A stretch of 64,000 nucleotides of DNA from positions 45,673 through 109,672 of the forward strand of contig JACKGA010000001.1 of the NCBI GenBank assembly GCA_020632195.1, read 5' to 3'. The position numbers were made by a program, and so were the translations under genes. Within the stretch, counting starts at the first letter, position 1. Every line of letters begins with the position of its first letter. The DNA comes from Candidatus Nomurabacteria bacterium (lineage in GTDB: Bacteria > Patescibacteriota > Minisyncoccia > Phycocordibacterales > UBA1006). Under the pieces are notes generated by a model, which saw nothing but the letters and a program-made list of their open reading frames with translations, had not been told where the DNA came from and did not search any database. This document shows, one piece after another, positions 56,811 to 64,000 of the stretch.

Positions 56811-57332
56811 ATGGGATCATCACACAAAAAACAAGGGAAAATTGCCGACAATAATGCTAAAAAGGCAAAATTATTTGGAAAAATTGTAAAACTTATCCAA
56901 GTCGAAGCAAAGCGTTGTAGTGGCGACGAAACTGACCCTGCTTTGCGTACTGTTGTTGAGAAAGCCCGCAAGGCAAATGTACCCAAAGAAACGATCGAGC
57001 GCGCGATCAAAAAAGCTTCTGAAGTAGGAGATCTTTCATCTATGCTCTATGAAGGCTATGGCCCTGCCGGCGTGGGGCTTATCATTACCGCGCTGACCGA
57101 AAATACCAATCGTACGAGCCCAGAGATTAAACATTTATTAAGTAAAAATGGCGCCTCACTCGGTGCGCCCGGATCTGTAGCATGGAACTTTACCAAAAAC
57201 CCAGAAACAGGCGACTGGGAGCCCAACACGACAGTAGACCTTTCATCTGAAGATCAAGACGCACTTTCCGAACTCATCGAACTTTTGGAAGACCATGATG
57301 ATGTACAAGATGTGTATACAAGTGCGAAGTAA
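56811..57332 (+). CDS. YebC/PmpR family protein (short, 173 aa)
   Basis: GKIADNNAKKAKLFGKIVKLIQVEAK ... YEGYGPAGVGLIITALTENTNRTSPEIKHLLSKNGASLGAPGSVAWNF is co-linear with YebC. The start is taken at the internal ATG (MGSSHKK). Confidence 0.8.
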   Translation: MGSSHKKQGKIADNNAKKAKLFGKIVKLIQVEAKRCSGDETDPALRTVVEKARKANVPKETIERAIKKASEVGDLSSMLYEGYGPAGVGLIITALTENTNRTSPEIKHLLSKNGASLGAPGSVAWNFTKNPETGDWEPNTTVDLSSEDQDALSELIELLEDHDDVQDVYTSAK

Positions 57333-57384
57333 AAGTTCCCAATATCTCGACCTTTGGGTCGTGGTAAGAATTCGCCCTATGAAT

Positions 57385-57420
57385 TCCAAAGAATACCCCT
57401 ACGGCTCTGCCTCGGGGATT
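57385..57420. repeat. partial reverse-orientation copy of the X repeat
   Basis: ggctctgcctcgg is the reverse complement of the ccgaggcagagcc core of X1 and X2, and a gaattcgccctatgaattc hairpin lies adjacent. Confidence 0.4.
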
Positions 57421-57514
57421 CTTTATTTGAGATACAGGTTTTGTTTTCATTACTGATTGCACGACCATCTTAAGTACTCTTCCCCTATTACCCCCTTGCC
57501 TTTATACTACTGAC

Positions 57515-58018
57515 ATGACCATTATCATCTCAATCGACCCAGGATACGACCGCTGTGGTATCGCCATTATCAAAAAAGAAATAAAAGAGGAGTTGCTTTT
57601 TTCCGAGTGTTTCATTACCGATCGAGAGCAAGAACTTACCGATCGCGTATATGCTGTCGGGCAGGAAATTGAACGTATTATAAAAAAATTCAAACCCACT
57701 GTCATGGCTATCGAGAACGTCTATTTTCAAAACAATCAAAAAACCATTATCGGGGTTTCGGAAGTAAAAGGGGTGTGCAAATATCTTGCCAAAAACGTGG
57801 GGCTGGAGGTTTATGAATACACTCCGCTACAAATCAAAACTGCCATAACCGGCAATGGTAAAGCAACCAAAAAACAGGTAGCGTGGATGGTCCCTAAACT
57901 CATCGCCTATGACCCTGCACAACGAGCCAAGGAGCTTGGCGGAGCATCATCAGGGATTGATGACGAGATTGATGCTATTGCAGTGGGGCTTACCTATTTT
58001 GCCTATCAAAAAAAATAA
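57515..58018 (+). CDS. ruvC: crossover junction endodeoxyribonuclease RuvC
   Basis: IISIDPGYDRCGIAII matches the ILGIDPG catalytic-Asp motif. Further along are AIENVYF and DAIAVGLTY motifs. Confidence 0.9.
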   Translation: MTIIISIDPGYDRCGIAIIKKEIKEELLFSECFITDREQELTDRVYAVGQEIERIIKKFKPTVMAIENVYFQNNQKTIIGVSEVKGVCKYLAKNVGLEVYEYTPLQIKTAITGNGKATKKQVAWMVPKLIAYDPAQRAKELGGASSGIDDEIDAIAVGLTYFAYQKK

Positions 58019-58099
58019 TCCACATTTCAGGCTTGTCAGATTTTTTGGTATTTGCTATTAATACCAGTATATCAATTTAGTATTTTGAAGCTCATATCT

Positions 58100-58294
58100 A
58101 TGTTTCACGACGAAGAAGAAGTAATGCTTGATCTCTACGACGAAGAAGACGAGGAAGACGGACCTCTTATGGACGAGTTCGGAAATCTTCTCGACCCTGA
58201 TGAAGTATCTGAGGATGAAGAAGATACTGAAGAGGAAGAAGAGATACCTTTGATCGACGCCGATGAATTGTCAGAAGAAGACACCGAAGCCTAA
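58100..58294 (+). CDS. small extremely acidic protein (64 aa)
   Basis: MFHDEEEVMLDLYDEEDEEDGPLMDEF...: more than half the residues are Asp or Glu. A terminator follows. Confidence 0.4.
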   Translation: MFHDEEEVMLDLYDEEDEEDGPLMDEFGNLLDPDEVSEDEEDTEEEEEIPLIDADELSEEDTEA

Positions 58295-58296
58295 GT

Positions 58297-58325
58297 AAAA
58301 ACCTGCCAATATGGCAGGTTTTTAC
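58297..58325. terminator. bidirectional Rho-independent terminator
   Basis: aaaaacctgcc-aatat-ggcaggttttt. Confidence 0.75.
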
Positions 58326-58342
58326 TCTCTTTCTTTAAGAAA

Positions 58343-59575
58343 TTAGTTATGAGGTTTTTCTTCTTGAGCTTCTTTAACAACTTTAATCTTCAAAAATCGC
58401 TTCTTGCCAATCTTCAACGAGCAGTCCTCACGAGCGAGACTTTCGGGGTCAATGAGTTTCTTTTCTTCGAGTTTGCCGTAGATTTTGATGGCGCCACTTT
58501 CTACTAAGCGTCGGAATTCTGTTCGTGATTTTACTAATCCTTCTTTCATGAGAATATCTACCAAAGGCATCTTGATTTTCACTTGGATAGTCTTGGTGTT
58601 GTCTGGAATACCACCTTTTTCAAAGGCTTCTTGCCAGCCTTTTTCAGCCTCTGTCGCTGCACCAGCGCTGTGATACATGGTGACAATTTCTCGTGCGAGG
58701 CGCATTTTGATATCTTTTGGGTTGGTTCCTTGATCGAGCTGATATTGAAGTTCGGTAATCTCAGACAAAGGAACACGAGTCATTAAAACAAAATATTTGA
58801 TAATAAATTCATCTTTCATCGACATAATTTTCCCAAACATATTTTCTGGGGAATCCATCAAATTGACTGTATTGCCCCAACTCGAGCTCATCTTGCGCCC
58901 GTCGAGCCCCTCTACCAACGGTCCCATAACAATCGATTGTGGTCGTTGTCCGAAATATTCCTGCATGGTGCGTCCTGCAAGCAAATTAAAACGCTGGTCC
59001 GTCCCGCCAAGCTCAACGTCTGCCTTTATCGCCACCGAATCGTATCCTTGCATAATCGGATACAAAACTTCGCGCAACGATACACGCCTGCCTTCTTCCA
59101 AACGACGACGGATATTATCCCGCTGGATGAACTGATTGACCGAGAAAATATCAGCGTGTTCGCCAATCTGGTTGTAGTCGAGATCTTTCAGCCACTCGCT
59201 GTTGAATCTGAATTCGGTTTTTTCCATGTCGAGAAGTTTACCGATTTGCTCCTTGTACGTTTCGAGGTTTTTTTTGATGGTTTCATGTGTCAACATGGGG
59301 CGTTCTGCATCCTTGTCAGAGGTATCACCGATCACCGCAGTAAAATCACCTACGATCAGGACAATGGTATGTCCAAGTTCTTGAAAATCACGCAATTTGA
59401 GGAGCTGTACGGCACGACCAAGGTGGAGATTGGGGCTCGTGGGGTCTGTCCCAAATTTTACCCGTAGTGGCACTCCTGAAGTGAGTGCTTTCTCGAGCTC
59501 TTCGCGACCAATCACTTCATCAACCCCGCGATTGAGGAGTTCTTGGATTTTTTTCGGGTCTGTATTTATTTCCAT
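58343..59575 (-). CDS. tyrS: tyrosine--tRNA ligase
   Basis: HIGH-class motif PTSPNLHLGR, KMSKS-class motif KMSSSWGN and a C-terminal S4 domain. Confidence 0.95.
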   Translation of the reverse strand: MEINTDPKKIQELLNRGVDEVIGREELEKALTSGVPLRVKFGTDPTSPNLHLGRAVQLLKLRDFQELGHTIVLIVGDFTAVIGDTSDKDAERPMLTHETIKKNLETYKEQIGKLLDMEKTEFRFNSEWLKDLDYNQIGEHADIFSVNQFIQRDNIRRRLEEGRRVSLREVLYPIMQGYDSVAIKADVELGGTDQRFNLLAGRTMQEYFGQRPQSIVMGPLVEGLDGRKMSSSWGNTVNLMDSPENMFGKIMSMKDEFIIKYFVLMTRVPLSEITELQYQLDQGTNPKDIKMRLAREIVTMYHSAGAATEAEKGWQEAFEKGGIPDNTKTIQVKIKMPLVDILMKEGLVKSRTEFRRLVESGAIKIYGKLEEKKLIDPESLAREDCSLKIGKKRFLKIKVVKEAQEEKPHN

Positions 59576-59657
59576 ATGTTAGGAGTGTAGCAGAAGGCGA
59601 GGAGGAGGTAAATGAAAACCCCAAACAAAAGTTCGGGGTATTTTTCAGATACATTCA

Positions 59658-60410
59658 TCAAAAATATTCAATCGTATCTACAACCTCTGGCAGATCTTTC
59701 GGCTCCGCGTTAAAAATTTGGTATCTAATGATATCTTCGATTTTTAATGTGGCCCTCCACAACCCACCTGATTCAAGAACATATTTTTTAAGAGGCGGAA
59801 TAACCTCTCTAATTTGCTTCCGGCTTCCTTGAATAGTCAAAACCCTGTATACACCATCATGTTTGGGTGATAATGTTCCATACATACCCATTTCATATAG
59901 CATATCTATAGCGCGCGAATCTGAGATTTCATCATGAAAGGTCAGATGTAGTTCTGATTCACGAAATCCTTCCTCTAGAGTTAATTTTCTTCGTTTTACC
60001 AAAAATGGTTTTGGTAAGGACAAAAATGGCTTAAAGTTTAAAAGCTCATCCATGGGAATATATTCACCCTCAAGATATCCTTTAAAGCCAGTTGTTCCTG
60101 CTTTCTTGCAAACAGATTCCCACAATTCTGCAAATATTTTCTTTTCGCTAGTCTTTATTGTCGCATGCTCAAATGGCTCAAAATGGACTCTATTTGGGTC
60201 ATGCTCATGAAGAAAATTAGCCTCAAAACCGCCTAAGTCTTTCCAGTGTTTAATAAAATCTTGTGGCGTAGCGGTGTGTGAGTCTGAATGAATGTGAAAA
60301 GTGTGGGGCGATACTTTTTCCTTTTCTTCTATCCATTGATTTGCCAGCCAAACTTGGTTGGGGGTTAATTTTTTAACTTCTTCTTGTGTTATTTTTTCAA
60401 AATTTTTCAT
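59658..60410 (-). CDS. hypothetical protein (250 aa)
   Basis: Intact ORF; no motif recognised. Confidence 0.5.
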   Translation of the reverse strand: MKNFEKITQEEVKKLTPNQVWLANQWIEEKEKVSPHTFHIHSDSHTATPQDFIKHWKDLGGFEANFLHEHDPNRVHFEPFEHATIKTSEKKIFAELWESVCKKAGTTGFKGYLEGEYIPMDELLNFKPFLSLPKPFLVKRRKLTLEEGFRESELHLTFHDEISDSRAIDMLYEMGMYGTLSPKHDGVYRVLTIQGSRKQIREVIPPLKKYVLESGGLWRATLKIEDIIRYQIFNAEPKDLPEVVDTIEYF

Positions 60411-60554
60411 TTCGTTTACTTTTTTTATTTAACAAATATTTATCTACACTATCTAGCATGTATATTTGTTTGTCATATTTGTCGACAAATAATTATTTTC
60501 TTTCTTTTTTTATTGATATATAATATATTTATGTTGTCTAAAGAATCGACAAAT

Positions 60555-61295
60555 ATGGAAGAATTACAAAAACTCTTACAAACTATTGGCCTCTCTGAGT
60601 ATGAGACACTCGTCTACACCACTGGTCTCCAACTAGGGCCAACCAGTGTCTTGAAGCTTGCGCAGGTTTCTGGAGTAAAGCGAACCACTATTTATTCTAT
60701 AATCGAGTCTTTGAAGCAACGCGGACTAATGCGTATTGATGTGCGTGGTTTTAAAAAAGAATATGCCGTGGAAAGTCCTGAAAAAATTAGTAGCCTCATT
60801 GATTCGTTTAAAAACTCTTTTGAAAAACAACTGCCTCAATTAATGGGTGTGTATAATCTCGGTGGAAAACAAAGCACTATTAAATATTATGATACGCCCG
60901 AATCAATCAAAAATGTATATCTCGACCTTATTCGTGACATCAGGCTGGGGGATGATTATTTAATTATTTCTAGCCTCGAGAAGTTTCTCGATCAAGATAA
61001 AAAGTTCTATCAAGATTTTATAGAGAAGCGGGCTCAACTACCTATCCATATTCGTGTACTTCATCAGGATTCTCCAACCGCTCGTGAACATAAAAAATTC
61101 GAGAGAAATTACAACGAGAGCGTGCGTATTCTTCCCCTCGAAACACAACTCGAGACTAATATTGTAATCACCCCGCAGCGCCTTGTTATCCAGGAGCTGA
61201 AAGATCCTATGATTGCAATTGTTATAGAGAATGATTCTATAATTAAAAGCCACAAGCAATTATTTGAAATACTTTGGAAAAGCATAGAAAAATAA
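60555..61295 (+). CDS. TrmB-like winged-helix transcriptional regulator (paralog)
   Basis: MEELQKLLQTIGLSEYETLVYTTGLQLGPTSVLKLAQVSGVKRTTIYSIIESLKQRGL is a TrmB-type N-terminal domain. The start is taken at the internal ATG. Confidence 0.6.
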   Translation: MEELQKLLQTIGLSEYETLVYTTGLQLGPTSVLKLAQVSGVKRTTIYSIIESLKQRGLMRIDVRGFKKEYAVESPEKISSLIDSFKNSFEKQLPQLMGVYNLGGKQSTIKYYDTPESIKNVYLDLIRDIRLGDDYLIISSLEKFLDQDKKFYQDFIEKRAQLPIHIRVLHQDSPTAREHKKFERNYNESVRILPLETQLETNIVITPQRLVIQELKDPMIAIVIENDSIIKSHKQLFEILWKSIEK

Positions 61296-61320
61296 CACCA
61301 ATACTGTATACTTTACCTAT

Positions 61321-64000
61321 ATGAATTTTTGGCGACGAATACTCCGCGGTATTGATCTGTGGATCGAAAAACAACTTGATAAAAATGACACGGTGAACCC
61401 CCGCACGCGCGACTGGCATCCGCCACACACCATTATCCATGATGTACGCGTCCGAGAAACAAGAAAAAAGAAACAAGAAAGGGATGAGGAACCCGTGTTT
61501 GATGACGAGATGGTGGATGAAAGTCCTCAAAGCGCCCACCCGAACCCCAACATGCATCGAGATATTGATGGGGATGGCATCATAGATGGTGTCCGCGATA
61601 CGCTCGAATCAGGCATTGCATCTCTTGGGCAACACTGGTCAAAGGTAAAAAATTATACATCAAGTATGGTAAAGAAAAAAACAAAACTATCACGCAAAAA
61701 ACTCCTCTTGTGGCTTTTTGGGGGAGTGGTTATTTTCTTCTTGCTCATGGTAGGAATCTTGTTATTGTATGTTGCCTTTTTGAAGATTCCAACCTTCGAT
61801 GAATTCATCGATAGAGAAATCGCCAGCTCCACAAAAATCTATGATCAAACGGGCGAAATATTACTTTTTGATGTTCACGAAGGGGTAAGTCGAACCGTTG
61901 TCCCCCTGGAAGAAATTTCACCTGATATTATCAATGCCCTTATTGCTATTGAGGATGACCAGTTTTATCAACACCATGGGATTGATGTGAAAGCAACCTT
62001 CCGCGCTATTCTCTATACAGGACTTTCAAAAATTGGGCTGCGAAAGGGTGGCACCCAGGGGGGCTCGACACTCACCCAACAAGTTTTGAAAAATACCCTT
62101 TTGACCTCGGAGCGTACCTTCAAACGAAAAATGAAGGAGTGGTTTTTGGCGGTACGCCTTGAGCGCATGCTCACCAAAGATGAAATTCTTGAAAATTATC
62201 TCAATGAGTCACCCTACGGGGGAAGTATGTATGGCGTCGAAACTGCTGCCCAGGCCTTTTTTGGCAAACACGCATCTGAAGTCACCATTGCCGAGGCGGC
62301 CTATCTTGCGGCTATTCCAAATGCCCCTACATACTATTCGCCATATGGAAACCATGAAGATCGCCTTGAGAATCGTAAAAATACGGTTCTACGTCGTATG
62401 CGCCAATTTGACTTTATTACCGAAGCCCAATACCAAGAAGCCCTTGCTGAAAAAGTTGAGTTTCGCCCACGTGAAGAGGGCTTTGCAAAAGCAATTCATT
62501 TTGTTGAATATGTGCGCCAAGAACTGGTCAAACAATATGGCGAAGATATGGTCGACAATGGGGGGTTGCGTGTGATTACCACGCTCAACTATGATCTACA
62601 GAAAAAAGCTGAGGAGGTTGTCGCGAAGCACGCACTTCTCAATGAAGAACAATATAGTGGTTCAAATATGGCCCTCGTGTCTATAGACCCAGCAACGGGC
62701 GGTATTCTGGCAATGGTTGGATCTCGTGGATACTCTGATCCTGATATTGATGGTAAGTTCAATGTGGCGACAGCATATCGCCAGCCAGGTTCTTCTTTTA
62801 AGCCATTTATCTATGCGACCGCTTTAGCAATGGGATATACCGATAAAACAATTCTCTTTGATGTGCAAACACAATTCACGAGCCACTGTACTGCGAACCA
62901 ACCAAGCAACGGCGATTGTTATCGTCCAAATAATCACGATCAGAAATTCCTCGGCCCCATGACCATGAGGAACGCGCTTGCACAATCGCGCAACATTCCT
63001 GCGGTCAAAATGCTGTACTTGGTCGGTATTCAAAATGCTCTAAATACGGCAAAAGTAATGGGTATTACTGGGCTCAAGAATGCTAGTTATTATGGACTCA
63101 CGCTGGTGCTGGGCGGTGGTGAGGTGCGCCTTGTGGATATGACAAGCGCCTATGGTGTCTTTGCTAATGATGGAGTACGTGTGCCCCATACGCCTATTTT
63201 AGAAGTGTATAATCAGGAAGGGGAGCAAATCTATCAGTATAGGCCCGCAGGAGAGCGCGTTATTGATGAGCAGGCGGCACGAACCATTTCAGACATTCTC
63301 GCAGATGACGATGCTCGTGCGCCCCTTTTTGGCTATTCTTCAGCGCTCAACTTTGGCGGGCAGTATGATGTCGCCGGAAAAACGGGTACTACGAACGACA
63401 AACGTGATGGGTGGCTTATCGGTTATAGCCCAAGCATTGCTACAGGTATATGGACAGGAAATAATGATAATACCCCCATGACCAAGGGGTCGACCGTAGC
63501 AGCTCCTGCATGGGATGAGTATATGACCTATGCACTCACCCGGGTGCCAAACCGTCGTTTTATCCCACCGACGCCAGTTGATGAATCTGGACTCAAACCA
63601 ATCCTACGTGGTGTGTGGCAGGGAAATGAAACACTCGTGGTGGATACCGTATCAGGCAAGCTTGCAACCGAACTGACCCCACCAGAAACACGAGCTGAAA
63701 TAATTATGCCCGACGCCCACAATATTCTTCACTGGGTTAATCCATCTAACCCCCGCGGACCAGCGCCCAACCCACCCTCAGATAGACAGTACAACAACTG
63801 GGAAGCCGGTGTACAATCGTGGCTGGTGACCCACCCTATTGATCTGGGAGGGCTTGGGGTAGACCAGCTCGTCGTGCTTCTTGGCGCCCTCAACACACAA
63901 GAAGAGGGCTCTGGGCTTCCTTATGATGATGTACACACCCCCGAAAACCAACCCATCATTACCAGTATTAGCATCACCCCAAGCAACCCTGATCGCTTCG
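61321..64000 (+). CDS. class A penicillin-binding protein (PBP1A-type transglycosylase/transpeptidase), 3'-partial at the window edge
   Basis: Open frame to the end of the window. Glycosyltransferase motifs EDDQFYQHHGID, GGSTLTQQ and RKMKEW. Transpeptidase motifs GSSFKP (SxxK), SRN and KTGT. A transmembrane segment follows a cytoplasmic N-terminal extension of about 95 aa. Confidence 0.9.
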   Translation, partial: MNFWRRILRGIDLWIEKQLDKNDTVNPRTRDWHPPHTIIHDVRVRETRKKKQERDEEPVFDDEMVDESPQSAHPNPNMHRDIDGDGIIDGVRDTLESGIASLGQHWSKVKNYTSSMVKKKTKLSRKKLLLWLFGGVVIFFLLMVGILLLYVAFLKIPTFDEFIDREIASSTKIYDQTGEILLFDVHEGVSRTVVPLEEISPDIINALIAIEDDQFYQHHGIDVKATFRAILYTGLSKIGLRKGGTQGGSTLTQQVLKNTLLTSERTFKRKMKEWFLAVRLERMLTKDEILENYLNESPYGGSMYGVETAAQAFFGKHASEVTIAEAAYLAAIPNAPTYYSPYGNHEDRLENRKNTVLRRMRQFDFITEAQYQEALAEKVEFRPREEGFAKAIHFVEYVRQELVKQYGEDMVDNGGLRVITTLNYDLQKKAEEVVAKHALLNEEQYSGSNMALVSIDPATGGILAMVGSRGYSDPDIDGKFNVATAYRQPGSSFKPFIYATALAMGYTDKTILFDVQTQFTSHCTANQPSNGDCYRPNNHDQKFLGPMTMRNALAQSRNIPAVKMLYLVGIQNALNTAKVMGITGLKNASYYGLTLVLGGGEVRLVDMTSAYGVFANDGVRVPHTPILEVYNQEGEQIYQYRPAGERVIDEQAARTISDILADDDARAPLFGYSSALNFGGQYDVAGKTGTTNDKRDGWLIGYSPSIATGIWTGNNDNTPMTKGSTVAAPAWDEYMTYALTRVPNRRFIPPTPVDESGLKPILRGVWQGNETLVVDTVSGKLATELTPPETRAEIIMPDAHNILHWVNPSNPRGPAPNPPSDRQYNNWEAGVQSWLVTHPIDLGGLGVDQLVVLLGALNTQEEGSGLPYDDVHTPENQPIITSISITPSNPDRF

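Noticed and set aside
1-64000. Alternative genetic code (UGA=Gly, code 25) as used by some small-genome candidate phyla radiation lineages
   Set aside because: Conserved proteins such as ClpP, HU, GlmS, PolA, TyrS and RuvB align end-to-end within frames bounded by TAA, TAG or TGA. The GIY-YIG ORF terminates at TGA exactly where homologues end. The standard code is therefore assumed.
1-64000. tmRNA, SRP RNA, RNase P RNA, rRNA
   Set aside because: I scanned the intergenic regions for the hallmark motifs: the tRNA-like GGTTCGA T-arm outside the two tRNAs, the SRP GGAAGCAGCC domain IV motif, and the RNase P AGGGAAAGTCCGGGCTCC box. I found none, but this was a manual scan and so not exhaustive.

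Overview
The window is 64 kb of a moderately AT-rich bacterial chromosome. It uses the standard genetic code: TAA, TAG and TGA each terminate recognisable proteins, so UGA is not recoded to glycine. The lineage is probably a small-genome bacterium, possibly from the candidate phyla radiation (Patescibacteria); that is inference only.

The conserved backbone is a UvrD/PcrA helicase fragment at the left edge, an M23 peptidase with LysM domains (cell-wall lytic motif), trigger factor and ClpP split by a small low-GC island, RNase Y, HU, CspA, GlmS, tRNA-Gly(TCC), MscL, tRNA-Lys(TTT), Hsp20, DNA polymerase I, an aquaporin, a CaCA-type cation exchanger, TsaE, the PilB/GspE ATPase, RuvB, a YebC-family protein, RuvC, TyrS and a partial class A PBP at the right edge.

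Interspersed are many hypothetical secreted and membrane proteins, three TrmB-like winged-helix regulators, several SPOUT and class I methyltransferases, two NUDIX hydrolases and numerous intrinsic terminators. No CRISPR array, rRNA or recognisable insertion-sequence transposase is present.

What stands out most is a dispersed family of 13 or more short hairpin repeats (fixed TGTC/ATCC...GGAT/CCA flanks, stems that co-vary). Two copies in inverted orientation bracket a 100-aa GIY-YIG nuclease gene at 47206..47614, forming a compact putative mobile cassette. A second structured repeat of about 105 nt shows compensatory changes, and a third short intergenic motif family (CTCCGCT...CGACAA) sits at island borders.

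Other candidate novel loci are a five-gene operon of unknown proteins including a 1204-aa two-transmembrane giant (403..6873), a PARP-like ADP-ribosyltransferase-fold candidate (38409..39113) and an island of paralogous Gly-rich secreted proteins (45838..50437). A two-gene module with a nucleoside-deoxyribosyltransferase-like protein sits between pilB and ruvB.
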